Positions 8,914 to 18,033 of a stretch of 64,000 nucleotides of DNA are shown piece by piece (the stretch's first letter is position 1; every line of letters begins with the position of its first letter). Position numbers and translations under genes: made by a program. The notes beneath the pieces were generated by a model that was not told where the DNA came from, did no database searches, and saw only the letters and a program-made list of their open reading frames with translations. The DNA lies in assembly GCA_963718615.1 (NCBI GenBank), contig OY970368.1, positions 5,440,001 to 5,504,000 of the forward strand. The letters run 5' to 3'. The stretch comes from an uncultured cyanobacterium (GTDB taxonomy: Bacteria > Cyanobacteriota > Cyanobacteriia > PCC-9006 > JAAUQQ01).

Positions 8914-9290
8914 CAGTTGTGTTGGATGCTTCTGCATTGCTGGCTTATTTACAGGATGAGCCGGGGGGCAATGCGGTGGATGGGGGGTTGGCGGAGTCGG
9001 TGATGTCGAGTGTGAACTGGGCGGAGGTGGTGCAGAAGTCGATCGCGGCTGGGGTTGAGGTTGATGGGATGTTGGATGATTTGCAGGCTCTGGGTTTGAG
9101 GGTCGAGCCGTTTTTGCTGGAGGATGGGGAAATGGCGGGACGGTTGTGGGAGCAAACGCGGCAGGTGGGTTTGTCGTTGGGCGATCGCGCTTGTTTGAGT
9201 TTGGGTTTGCGGCTGGGCGTGATGGTTTTAACGGGCGATCGCGCTTGGGCCTCGCTGAATCTATCGCTTGATATTCAGGTGATTCGATGA
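8910..9290 (+). CDS. vapC: VapC PIN-domain toxin
   Basis: VVLDASALLA N-terminus, NWAEV, GLSLGDRACL, LTGD. Confidence 0.9.
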   Translation: MTVVLDASALLAYLQDEPGGNAVDGGLAESVMSSVNWAEVVQKSIAAGVEVDGMLDDLQALGLRVEPFLLEDGEMAGRLWEQTRQVGLSLGDRACLSLGLRLGVMVLTGDRAWASLNLSLDIQVIR

Positions 9291-9300
9291 TGGGTTTGGG

Positions 9301-9654
9301 TTAGTCGTGCGATCGATCTCCTGGCTCTGGAAGCAACGGTTGAAGGAGTGCTAAAAGTTCGGGAATATCGGTTTGAATGGCATCCCAAAGCGTATTGAGG
9401 TTCACTCGATCGTATTGGTGGGCAAGGATATCTCGCATTCCAGCAATGTCTTTCCAGGGAACTTCGGGATGTTGCGATCGAAACTCTGCTGACAACCGTT
9501 TTGTGGCTTCTCCCACGATGATGACTTGATAGAGGATAGCAGATTGCTTCTCTTCATTGTTTGCCAATGCAGATTTATCGAGTCTTTGGGCAAAGTGAAG
9601 AATTCGCTTTGCGGCATTTACAATATCGAGGAGAGAGGCGTTATCTCTGCTCAT
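9301..9654 (-). CDS. HepT-like HEPN ribonuclease toxin (DUF86)
   Basis: GMRDILAHQY contains the RxxxxH HEPN motif plus the adjacent Tyr; 117 aa. Confidence 0.88.
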   Translation of the reverse strand: MSRDNASLLDIVNAAKRILHFAQRLDKSALANNEEKQSAILYQVIIVGEATKRLSAEFRSQHPEVPWKDIAGMRDILAHQYDRVNLNTLWDAIQTDIPELLALLQPLLPEPGDRSHD

Positions 9655-9979
9655 AAATGACCTGTGCTGTTTTCAAGATTTCGTTACGGCGGATCCAGTT
9701 TTCGCTGTTCTCTACTGATTCTTTGAGGGCAATATCGACGGCTCGCCCGGAGTGGGTTTCTAGCTCATGTTTAATTTTGGCTAGGGTCAATAAGCCTTGT
9801 TGTGCTTGGGGGGAGAAATGGAGTAGCAGGTCAATGTCGCTGCCGTCGTGAAAGTCTGCTCGTAAAACAGAGCCAAATAGTGCAAGTTCTTCAATCTGCC
9901 AACGCTGACAAAAGCTGGCGATTTCAGCGGTTGAAAGTCCGAGTCGTTTCTGGAACTGGGAACTAAGCTGGGCAAGCAT
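9641..9979 (-). CDS. MntA-like minimal nucleotidyltransferase antitoxin
   Basis: LFGSVLRADFHDGSDIDLL (GS-x10-DxD); overlaps the HEPN gene. Confidence 0.88.
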   Translation of the reverse strand: MLAQLSSQFQKRLGLSTAEIASFCQRWQIEELALFGSVLRADFHDGSDIDLLLHFSPQAQQGLLTLAKIKHELETHSGRAVDIALKESVENSENWIRRNEILKTAQVIYEQR

Positions 9980-10082
9980 TATGTTGGTCAGAATAAGAAT
10001 TTCTGTTCAAGTATAGCAATCCAGCTGGATTTCTGAGAAACCCTCAATCGTTGGACTAAGCCAATTAAAGATTGGAAGGCTG

Positions 10083-10268
10083 GAGAGCGTTCAGAATTTT
10101 GTGTAAACGCCCAAAAATCAACGAAGGGAGTGATCAGAATTTTGTGTAAATCCCCAAAAATCAACGGGAAAATAGGTATTTGAGCCTGGTCCTAGCCGAT
10201 TTTGTGAACACTCCCACGAAAAAAATCAGGGTTTGAACCTGGTCCTACACGATTTTGTGAACACTCCC
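10083..10268. mobile_element. Nested pair of ~90-bp MITEs with IS256-like ends (inner copy 10126..10215)
   Basis: Two left ends G(A/G)GAG(C/T)G(T/A)TCAGAATTTTGTGTAAA and two right ends GATTTTGTGAACACTCCC; inner copy flanked by an ACGAA direct repeat. Confidence 0.75.
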
Positions 10269-10276
10269 GCAACTGC

Positions 10277-11998
10277 TTACACAAAACTATGAACACTCTC
10301 TGCTGCCAAAGCAATTTGCTGACACCCCGTACTTACATCTGTCCAAGGAGCGCTCAAACCACCTTCTTTCACAAATACTGTGCCATTCTGGAGTACTCCG
10401 ATGCGGTTGCCAGCCAAAGCAATTTGCTGACACCCCGTACTTACCTCTGTCCAAAGAGCACTCAAACCACCTTCTTTCACAAATACTGTGCCATTCTGGA
10501 GTACTCCGATGCGGTTGCCAGCCAAAGCAATTTGCTGACACCCCGTACTTACCTCTGTCCAAAGAGCACTCAAACCACCTTCTTTCACAAATACTGTGCC
10601 ATTCTGGAGTACTCCGATGCGGTTGCCAGCCAAAGCAATTTGCTGACACCCCGTACTTACCTCTGTCCAAAGAGCACTCAAACCACCTTCTTTCACAAAT
10701 ACTGTGCCATTCTGGAGTACTCCGATGCGGTTGCCAGCCAAAGCAATTTGCTGACACCCCGTACTTACATCTGTCCAAAGAGCACTCAAACCACCTTCTT
10801 TCACAAATACTGTGCCATTCTGGAGTACTCCGATGCGGTTGCCAGCCAAAGCAATTTGCTGACACCCCGTACTTACCTCTGTCCAAGGAGCGCTCAAACC
10901 ACCTTCTTTCACAAATACTGTGCCATTCTGGAGTACTCCGATGCGGTTGCCAGCCAAAGCAATTTGCTGACACCCCGTACTTACCTCTGTCCAAAGAGCA
11001 CTCAAACCACCTTCTTTCACAAATACTGTGCCATTTTGGAGTACTCCGATGCGATTTCCGGCTAAATTGTGGAATCCTCCTTGGCTAGCAATCAACGACT
11101 GCAACGTCGGAGACTGAGCAAGAATCGAAGTGATGCGGACACCAAAGTTGTTCCCTGTCATTGCAGCATTGCATCCACCATTTGTATGCACACCTACAAT
11201 TCGACCATCAGAGTTTTGTAAAATACCTGAACCAGAATTGCCACCTAAGGTATCGATATCGTTATAGCCAATGGAATTACCTTGAAGAAGAGTTACTGGG
11301 CCAGCTTCAATGCGCTTACGACGACCAGCAGGATGCCCAATAATGCAAGCCATACTATTCAAGACAGCATCAATATTTGAGATTTGTGTTTTGCCATAGA
11401 TAAGCCCTGGATTCCCTCCCAATCGCAAAATTGCGAAGTCTAGCCCTCCCAGGCGGTACTCGACCAATTGCGTAACTGGGAACGATTGCTCTACTCTTGG
11501 ATTTCCGGACGGATCTACTTGAAAGTTGAAGTTCACCTGCATATTTTTAGCAATATCAGCAGGTAGAATGACATTTAATGTTCCGTTTTGAAGCGGAAGT
11601 TGCCAGCTATTAGCATTTCGATCGAAGCAATGTCCTGCTGTTAAGAAAAGGTCATTAGCAATTAGTGTTCCACTACACCAGCGCACACCTGCAACGTTAC
11701 CTGGATTAGTGTAAATAGTAGCGAGATTATTATTCCATTGAAGTTGTCCGACAGGACTTTGGTGTGCATTAACAAAAGCAACTGTCACTCCAAGAGTTCC
11801 ATTGTACTGCTCAACTTCCTGAGAATCATCCGTCGTACCGCAAATAGCTTCATAGATCTTTTCGTATGTAAGCCCTTCTCCAGGATGCGCCTGCATGAAC
11901 TCATTTAGTCCTTCTATTTCATCCAAAAGTGGCGGAAAGAGAGAAGTAGGATCTTGATTGCGAAATTCTCCAACTGAGTTCCGTGTTTCTTCTGCCAT
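10277..11998 (-). CDS. Trypsin-like (V8/S1B-type) serine protease with C-terminal seven-repeat beta-propeller
   Basis: LTAGHC (His), LDFAIL (Asp), DTLGGNSGS (Ser), VGVH; 7 x 36-aa repeats; ATG 11998 preferred over TTG 12007; no clear signal peptide. Confidence 0.88.
   Translation of the reverse strand: MAEETRNSVGEFRNQDPTSLFPPLLDEIEGLNEFMQAHPGEGLTYEKIYEAICGTTDDSQEVEQYNGTLGVTVAFVNAHQSPVGQLQWNNNLATIYTNPGNVAGVRWCSGTLIANDLFLTAGHCFDRNANSWQLPLQNGTLNVILPADIAKNMQVNFNFQVDPSGNPRVEQSFPVTQLVEYRLGGLDFAILRLGGNPGLIYGKTQISNIDAVLNSMACIIGHPAGRRKRIEAGPVTLLQGNSIGYNDIDTLGGNSGSGILQNSDGRIVGVHTNGGCNAAMTGNNFGVRITSILAQSPTLQSLIASQGGFHNLAGNRIGVLQNGTVFVKEGGLSALWTEVSTGCQQIALAGNRIGVLQNGTVFVKEGGLSAPWTEVSTGCQQIALAGNRIGVLQNGTVFVKEGGLSALWTDVSTGCQQIALAGNRIGVLQNGTVFVKEGGLSALWTEVSTGCQQIALAGNRIGVLQNGTVFVKEGGLSALWTEVSTGCQQIALAGNRIGVLQNGTVFVKEGGLSALWTEVSTGCQQIALAGNRIGVLQNGTVFVKEGGLSAPWTDVSTGCQQIALAAESVHSFV
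10310..11065 (-). repeat. Seven near-identical 108-bp intragenic tandem repeats
   Basis: 756 bp = 7 x 108; each unit encodes LAGNRIGVLQNGTVFVKEGGLSA(L/P)WT(E/D)VSTGCQQIA. Confidence 0.97.
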
Positions 11999-12255
11999 TA
12001 CTTTCAAGTTCCTACAATCAATACAGTTTTAGTCAGTTTCTCGGTCGTTATTGCGATAGAGGTAGCTGCGAGTCTTAGTATGGCACTTCGGTTTTCTTTT
12101 CTCTATTCTTTGACAGTAGACTTACTTCAGCCTCAGAGTACTAGGCATACTCTAATCGGAAGAGCCAAAAATACTATCCAAAGACAAAGCCATATGACTC
12201 ATTATCCACGCAGATACTTTATGTCACGTTATCCTTAGTTAAACAGCCCTGGTCT

Positions 12256-12518
12256 TTGAGATGCAATTCGCTATTTGACGTATGGATCAAGAGATTCTTT
12301 GTTGCATGAACTCTAAATAAGGAAAATGACCGTATTTCGTCTTCAAGGCCTGAAGCTTGGTTCATCCTGATTGAGAAACTGTAATCCTGATTTACTCACA
12401 TCAGCATTTATCCATTTCCCTAAAAGATTGGTGTTTAATAAAGCTCAGAGCATGAAATATAAATTGCGTTGAAGTACTGATCAGCCCGAGCATTGTGCAT
12501 TCTTCGTAATGTTCAATA
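12256..12518. repeat. Copy 2 of the duplicated non-coding module, between the protease gene and the divergent LuxR gene
   Basis: ~86% identical to 7961..8220, in the same orientation. Confidence 0.93.
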
Positions 12519-12621
12519 TTTCCACAACTCACGCAATAATTTTTGTAAAGGAAAGCGGAGCACAGTGAGACAAGCGAGAAGAAAGACTCAGTATGCTCAA
12601 CTTTGCAAGGACAAAAGTTCA

Positions 12622-13800
12622 GTGCTTGATCTAGCCTCCCAAGACACCCACACCCTCCTCCACTGCATCCACACCCTCTATTCCTTCCGCGACCCCGAAA
12701 CCTTCGGGCGCGATACCCTCACCCTCCTAGAACAACTCACCCCCTGCCCCGCCTCCGTCCGCGTCACCCATCCCTCCGCCTACACAGCAGCCACCTACGA
12801 ATCCCTTTGCCCCGACTTCGAGCGTCTCCTCGCCGTAGACCTGAAAGAGACGATCGAAAAACACATGTATCAAATCACCTTCTTTGAAGGTCTCGCCCTC
12901 GCCTCCCAAGGGGAAAACAAATGCCACAAATTCTCTGACTTTGTAACGCGGGAACAAATGTGGCAACTCGAAGCCAATCAGATCATTTTCGCCGCCATTC
13001 CCTACGACGATCAAATGGTCATCATGGTCGAAGGCGAAGTGAACCTCAGAGACCCCTTCACCTACTACACGCTCTATCGGAGCTGGGGGGAATGGAGTGA
13101 GCGCGATCGCCTCCTCCTCAACCTCTTCCACCCCCACCTCGTCCAGGCTTATCACACCATCCTCCACTGGCAACGGCAACAGCATCGAATCAACGATCTG
13201 CAAGCATCCCTCGACAGCACCGGCGTGATTTTTCTCACTCCCAAAGGCGCAGCCCATGCGATTACCCGCCAAGCCAGTGAATGGCTACGCCTCTACTTCC
13301 CCGGTGTCCAAAGTCCGAGTCGCCTCCCCGAAACCCTACAGTCCTGGGTCAACCATCAGATCCATCAACTCCAAAGCACCGAACCCTACCCTGCACTTTT
13401 GCCCCACCGCGTTCAAGAGGGCGATCGCCAACTAATCATTCGCTTCACAATCGATCCCTTCAAAAAATCCTATTTGTTGCTGCTGGCCGAAGAGCACCAA
13501 CTTTCGCCCCAAGCGTCCTTAGAACTGCTGGGTCTGAGCAAACGAGAAGCCGAAGTTTTGATCAGCGTGGTTCAAGGGCGGGATAACAAGGCGATCGCCC
13601 AATCCCTAGAAATCACCGTTGGCACCGCCCGCAAACATCTGGAAAATATCTATCGCAAACTCAAGGTGCAAAGTCGGAGTGAAGCAACAGCATTGGTGGT
13701 CAAGCAACTGGGTAATCTCAATCCCCTACCCGTGAGTGAAGCAGGCAAGAAAGCTCGTAAAACGCTACAATCGTCCCAGAATGGCATTGCCAATTTTTAG
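12622..13800 (+). CDS. LuxR-family HTH one-component transcriptional regulator (no receiver domain)
   Basis: C-terminal GLSKREAEVL...DNKAIAQSLEITVGTARKHLENIYRKLKVQSR; GAF/PAS-like N-terminal part; in-frame GTG 12622 with AAGGA upstream. Confidence 0.85.
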   Translation: MLDLASQDTHTLLHCIHTLYSFRDPETFGRDTLTLLEQLTPCPASVRVTHPSAYTAATYESLCPDFERLLAVDLKETIEKHMYQITFFEGLALASQGENKCHKFSDFVTREQMWQLEANQIIFAAIPYDDQMVIMVEGEVNLRDPFTYYTLYRSWGEWSERDRLLLNLFHPHLVQAYHTILHWQRQQHRINDLQASLDSTGVIFLTPKGAAHAITRQASEWLRLYFPGVQSPSRLPETLQSWVNHQIHQLQSTEPYPALLPHRVQEGDRQLIIRFTIDPFKKSYLLLLAEEHQLSPQASLELLGLSKREAEVLISVVQGRDNKAIAQSLEITVGTARKHLENIYRKLKVQSRSEATALVVKQLGNLNPLPVSEAGKKARKTLQSSQNGIANF

Positions 13801-13920
13801 CAATAAATCCTGTAGGGACATGACATTGTCATGTCCCTAACGATGGCGATCGCCACAAAACCATACATCCCCCCCCATTCAACAATCCTTCCCTCAGAAT
13901 TGTCGCTCAGCATTATTCCC

Positions 13921-14082
13921 ATGGCGATCGCCCTCTCCCCCCTCTCCTTTGAAGATTTCCTCCAAACTTGCCCAACGGAGGGACGGTACGAATTTGTCAA
14001 GGGTGAAATCGTGAGAATCCTAGCAACTCGGCAGCACGATGTTGATCAATTAGATGAATATCAGCGCGTAGGCATTGCTGAA
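13921..14082 (+). pseudogene. Internally deleted Uma2-family endonuclease remnant
   Basis: N-terminal LSFEDFL...GRYEFVKGEIV joined directly to the C-terminal-type DEYQRVGIAE. Confidence 0.65.
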
Positions 14083-14094
14083 TTGAGGCGATCG

Positions 14095-15702
14095 CTAATG
14101 CAAATCCGCCTCCCAAATCCCTATGTAAACCCGATTCTTATCCGTATATTCAAACGTTCCTTTCACATTGCCCTGGCTAAAGTTGTAGCGTTTAAGCTGA
14201 CCCGATCGCACCTGGGCGAGTTTGGCCTGGGCGATCGCCGTCGCCGGTTCCCCGAGTAACCCATCCAGCATGGCTTCCATAATCTTCAAATCCACCGAAG
14301 GATCAAACGTTGCTTCCGTTTGGCGCAGGCGGCGAGAATCGCGATCGTAGATGTAGCCCAAGGCCGCTTGATTGGGAATCACCTCGTACAGATTCGCTTC
14401 CGTATTGGGCCAAAAGCCAATGCGAGAAACATTGGGCTGACCCAAGCGTTCCTCGATCGTGGCTTCGGGGGTGCCAATGGGGAATTGGGGGAGGTCTTGG
14501 AGGGTGAGCGTTGGGGGTGTTGGAGTGGGGGTGTTGCGGGGTGTTGGGATTGAAGGAGACGCTGAAGGAGTTGGGCTGGGGGATGTTGGATCAACACCGA
14601 GGGAGGTAGGGGTGACGTGGAAGGGGCTGAAGGCGATCGCCAAAATTCCTCCCAGTCCTAAACCGAGCAATCCCAAACAACCCAAGAGCTTCCAGGGAGC
14701 GGTGCGGTGAGGCGCTTGACTGGCCGGGAGCGTGGCGGGCGGCGGACCGGGAATCAGAGGAGGGAAAGCGGGATGGCGGGATGGCGGGATGGCGTCGGGG
14801 ACAATTCGAGATTCGGGCGATCGCGGTGCCACGGCAACCGTTGCCATTTGGGAGAGACTCGGATCCGGGGCGGCGGTTGGTTGGTTGGGGAAAGAACTGG
14901 GCAGGCGTGCTAGCCACTGTTCCATGGTGGCAGGGCGTTGGCTGGCTTCTAGGGCCATGCCGCTGAGGATGGCGGCGTTGGTGGTGGCGCTGAGGGTGGG
15001 ATTGAGCGATCGCGGCTCTCTCAAAGGTTGCGCCTGCATCAAAATTGCAGCCGTTGGGACCTGTGCCGTCACTAGGCTATACAACGTTGCTGCCAGACCG
15101 TAGACATCCGTGGCCGGGGTTCGCTCTGCGGCTTCAAGATACTGCTCTAGGGGAGCATAGCCGGGAGAAAGGATAGTTGTATGGGTGTCCACTTGGCCCG
15201 CTTTGAATTCTCGGGCAATGCCAAAGTCAATCAAAATCACCTCGTCGGTTCCGGCCCGCCGCATGATGTTTTGGGGCTTAATATCGCGATGGAGCAGCCC
15301 CTTTTGATGGACACCCTGGAGGGCTTCTCCGATTTGGCGAATGTAGTTTAGGGCTAAGCTTTCGGGCAAGGGATGGTCCGGGAAAACGACTTTATCGAGG
15401 GACTCACCGGGGATGTAATCCATCACCATGAACGGCAAATCTCGCTCAACAAAAAAATCGCTGACGCGAACAATATGGGGATGCAGACAAAGGGCCAAAC
15501 GCCGAGCTTCGTCCTGAAATTGAGCCCGCAGCTTGTCAAAATGCTCCGATTGCTGAGTCGTTTGGTTGAGGGTTTTAATCACTACCGTTTGCTGGAGATA
15601 ATGGTGCGTCGCCTTGAACGTAATGCCAAAGCCCCCTTCGCCCAGAACCGAGTCCAGCGTATATTTGCCCGCCTGTAGCGTTTGACCAACCCAATTGCGC
15701 AT
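14095..15702 (-). CDS. Hanks-type Ser/Thr protein kinase with TM helix and extracytoplasmic C-terminal domain
   Basis: [34 protein letters not shown]; start at MRNWVGQTL (ATG 15702). Confidence 0.93.
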   Translation of the reverse strand: MRNWVGQTLQAGKYTLDSVLGEGGFGITFKATHHYLQQTVVIKTLNQTTQQSEHFDKLRAQFQDEARRLALCLHPHIVRVSDFFVERDLPFMVMDYIPGESLDKVVFPDHPLPESLALNYIRQIGEALQGVHQKGLLHRDIKPQNIMRRAGTDEVILIDFGIAREFKAGQVDTHTTILSPGYAPLEQYLEAAERTPATDVYGLAATLYSLVTAQVPTAAILMQAQPLREPRSLNPTLSATTNAAILSGMALEASQRPATMEQWLARLPSSFPNQPTAAPDPSLSQMATVAVAPRSPESRIVPDAIPPSRHPAFPPLIPGPPPATLPASQAPHRTAPWKLLGCLGLLGLGLGGILAIAFSPFHVTPTSLGVDPTSPSPTPSASPSIPTPRNTPTPTPPTLTLQDLPQFPIGTPEATIEERLGQPNVSRIGFWPNTEANLYEVIPNQAALGYIYDRDSRRLRQTEATFDPSVDLKIMEAMLDGLLGEPATAIAQAKLAQVRSGQLKRYNFSQGNVKGTFEYTDKNRVYIGIWEADLH

Positions 15703-15825
15703 GGTACTCCCTGTTTCTTCCCTGTCCCTGCAAATTGACCCGCAACCTGATTGAATTGTAGGGTGCCAGAGGGCGCAGGGTTGCGCACCGGCCATTCCAC
15801 TCAAGTCGCTCGGGGGTGCACCGTG

Positions 15826-16368
15826 ATGATACGGGTTCAGCAAGGTTCGTCAAGGTCTTGGGCGCGATCGCCCCTATTCCCGTTATTCCTCAGCCTAGGA
15901 CTGGCCCTGACAAGCTGTACCCCCCAAGGAGAGGTGGTGAGCCAGACGCCTTGTCATGAGGCGATCGCCACGGCGACCTATACCTGGGAGGTGGCCTATT
16001 TTAGCGATCGCTTCCGCAACACCCCCAATCGCCAACGGCGGGAAACCTTCGCCACTGCAACGGTGATCAACCGCAATGGCCAAAAACCCGCAGTCAATGT
16101 CATAGGTCCCGACGATCAAGGGGTTTGGTGGCCGGTCTTACCCCCTCGACCCACAGCGGATGAAGTGGATGCAAGGCGTCAGACCCTAGAGATGAATGAT
16201 CCGCCGCAGATTCAAAAGGATGTGAATTATGTATTGCAGTGCGAAGATGACCGATTTTTGGCAACGGCGGAGGTGTATCGGCGGGTTGCGCGAGCGCTAG
16301 AGGCAGGGCAAAGGGTTCGCGCCAGCTACAGTTTGGGGCAGTTGTTACAAACAGAAATTGTGGACTAA
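15826..16368 (+). CDS. Hypothetical lipoprotein
   Basis: Hydrophobic stretch followed by lipobox-like LTSC; hairpin follows at 16387..16414. Confidence 0.65.
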   Translation: MIRVQQGSSRSWARSPLFPLFLSLGLALTSCTPQGEVVSQTPCHEAIATATYTWEVAYFSDRFRNTPNRQRRETFATATVINRNGQKPAVNVIGPDDQGVWWPVLPPRPTADEVDARRQTLEMNDPPQIQKDVNYVLQCEDDRFLATAEVYRRVARALEAGQRVRASYSLGQLLQTEIVD

Positions 16369-16497
16369 CCGTCAGACAATACCAAACTCCCTAGATTTTA
16401 GAGAAGCTAGGGAGAGAGGAGGGTAATCTAGGCACATCAGCAGTAAATTGTAAACATCTCTGCCATTGACAATCTGAAGTCTTAGAATCGAAGTTTT

Positions 16498-16683
16498 CTA
16501 AACACTTTGCTCAACCCTGGTACTTCTGCGCTTGCGCCATAGACCTAGACCCATGCCAATAAGACCAGGAAGAAGTGCAGGCGTAGGTACAGGTGTCGCT
16601 CCAGGAGCAGTCGCTGCATCTACATTCAATACATCAAATGCATCAAATGCCCATTGGTTTGAAGTGATCCCTTTAGACCTTAC
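16498..16683 (-). pseudogene. C-terminal remnant of a PTPA-CTERM (PEP-CTERM variant) surface protein
   Basis: Minus frame ...ATPVPTPALLPGLIGMGLGLWRKRRSTRVEQSV*; stop codon at 16684..16686 upstream and no ATG before the tag. Confidence 0.7.
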
Positions 16684-16688
16684 TCAGT

Positions 16689-16717
16689 GGTGCGCTACGG
16701 CTACGCCTAACAGCACC
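16689..16717. repeat. REP-like hairpin GGTGCGCTACGGCTACGCCTAACAGCACC
   Basis: Resembles the common cyanobacterial GGTGCGTTA...TAACGCACC palindromic repeats. Confidence 0.5.
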
Positions 16718-16939
16718 GTTTAGTTACGTAATACTTTGCGATCGCCAGTCGTTGCGCCCATAACCCTATGCTAAAGCCTGTTTAGCCAAGCATTTCCCTA
16801 CCTTAAAATTGCGAATCGCCGATGGTCATATAGACATCGGCGAAGCAGTTTGCTCAGGTAAAGAGGCTGTCTAGTGCAAACTAGTCACAGAGAGATCACA
16901 GAGAGAACTGGGCCGCTAGACCTAGTTCTGATCAATGTG

Positions 16940-17413
16940 CTAGAGGATTTCACCAGCCGTTGCGTCTTCTTTTAACTCCCGCTTAAACAGGGTGAGCAAA
17001 GAGGGGGTGGCAAAGAAGCCAAAGTAAATCCCCAGTATGCCAGTGATGCCGTGGAGCACCACATCGGCTCCATAGAGGGGAAACAGCCCGAAGAAGGTGT
17101 TAGCTACTGGCACCAGCCCTAAAACAGCTAGGGTAGTGTAATAAATGCCCAGCTGCCCCGAAAACAGACGAGCACTATCGAGGGAAACAGCCGTTGCAAT
17201 ACCTAGCAGCCCCGTGACAATGTGGATGATGTTGTGAGGAGTATTAACCGGAAACAGCCCCATCAAATACCCAAATCCAGACACGACCCCTACCTTGGCC
17301 ATGTAGGGAGGCACAGCATCAGGCTGAGTAACTAGGGCAGGAATAAAACCCATTAGACCCATGACCAAATAAGCTACGCCGATCACCAGCGCAAATTTGC
17401 GTGCAGTTTTCAT
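16940..17413 (-). CDS. DUF4383-type membrane protein
   Basis: Four hydrophobic helices; GLFPVNTPHNIIH motif. Confidence 0.75.
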   Translation of the reverse strand: MKTARKFALVIGVAYLVMGLMGFIPALVTQPDAVPPYMAKVGVVSGFGYLMGLFPVNTPHNIIHIVTGLLGIATAVSLDSARLFSGQLGIYYTTLAVLGLVPVANTFFGLFPLYGADVVLHGITGILGIYFGFFATPSLLTLFKRELKEDATAGEIL

Positions 17414-18033
17414 AATGATGTGAGAGTAACAATAGAGAACTATGCCTGTTTCTAGGGTTCGAGTAGTCTTTAGAGCTACCCTTTAGAGTTACCTTGGAAA
17501 AAGACTAAACACTTAAAACTGTAGTGCCCCAAATGGGGGCAGACCTCTTTCAATAGGCAGAGTCTAAGCTAAGTCGATGGGCTACAAGTTAGTCTTGTTT
17601 GCTTGCTTCCCTGCCCCGGAAACAGAGGGTTGTTTCGAGCAGTAAGCGAGTTTGAAAAATATCGGACTGATAGCGATCGCACCAGATTTGAATAAAGTCA
17701 TACCCCTCCAGCAGCAGCAATAGCTGGGGTCGTCATGAGCGGTCTGGGCACCATTTCTGAATTTCCTAAAAGCTAAATTAGAGTTGGCTGTAATTTTTAA
17801 AGCATTGATAAGGAGTAATTTCGTCTGTCAGAAGGGGCATTCAGCAGTAATCATTCACCTTCGATAGCCGTAGACCTCGGTGTTAGCGAAGATCATGTCT
17901 ATCTATTTACAGATCTGCGGTTATTGCGATTGACCGAAGGCATTTTGCTGAGAGCTGGTGAGGATGATACCAGTGGGCTGTGGCCAGTTTCCATGGTTCC
18001 CATTTGCTGTATACCTTCATCGGAGGAGGTTTT

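Noticed and set aside
10091-10268. 33-37-bp repeats as a mini-CRISPR
   Set aside because: Two different repeat types forming inverted ends, with gaps of only 10-16 bp; nested MITEs explain them better
10310-11065. 108-bp array as a CRISPR array or DGR template/variable repeats
   Set aside because: Units are contiguous with no spacers and in frame in the protease; no cas or reverse transcriptase gene nearby; variation is not adenine-specific
10287-11065. Long alternative-frame ORFs (235 aa minus, 258 aa plus) over the repeats
   Set aside because: A stop-free 108-bp unit repeated seven times gives long shadow ORFs automatically
12493-12621. N-terminal extension of LuxR in the ORF track (also the long starts given for the kinase, tic22, pncB, nrtR, cheW and the last antitoxin)
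   Set aside because: These extensions run into non-coding or neighbouring sequence; downstream starts have better RBS and domain boundaries
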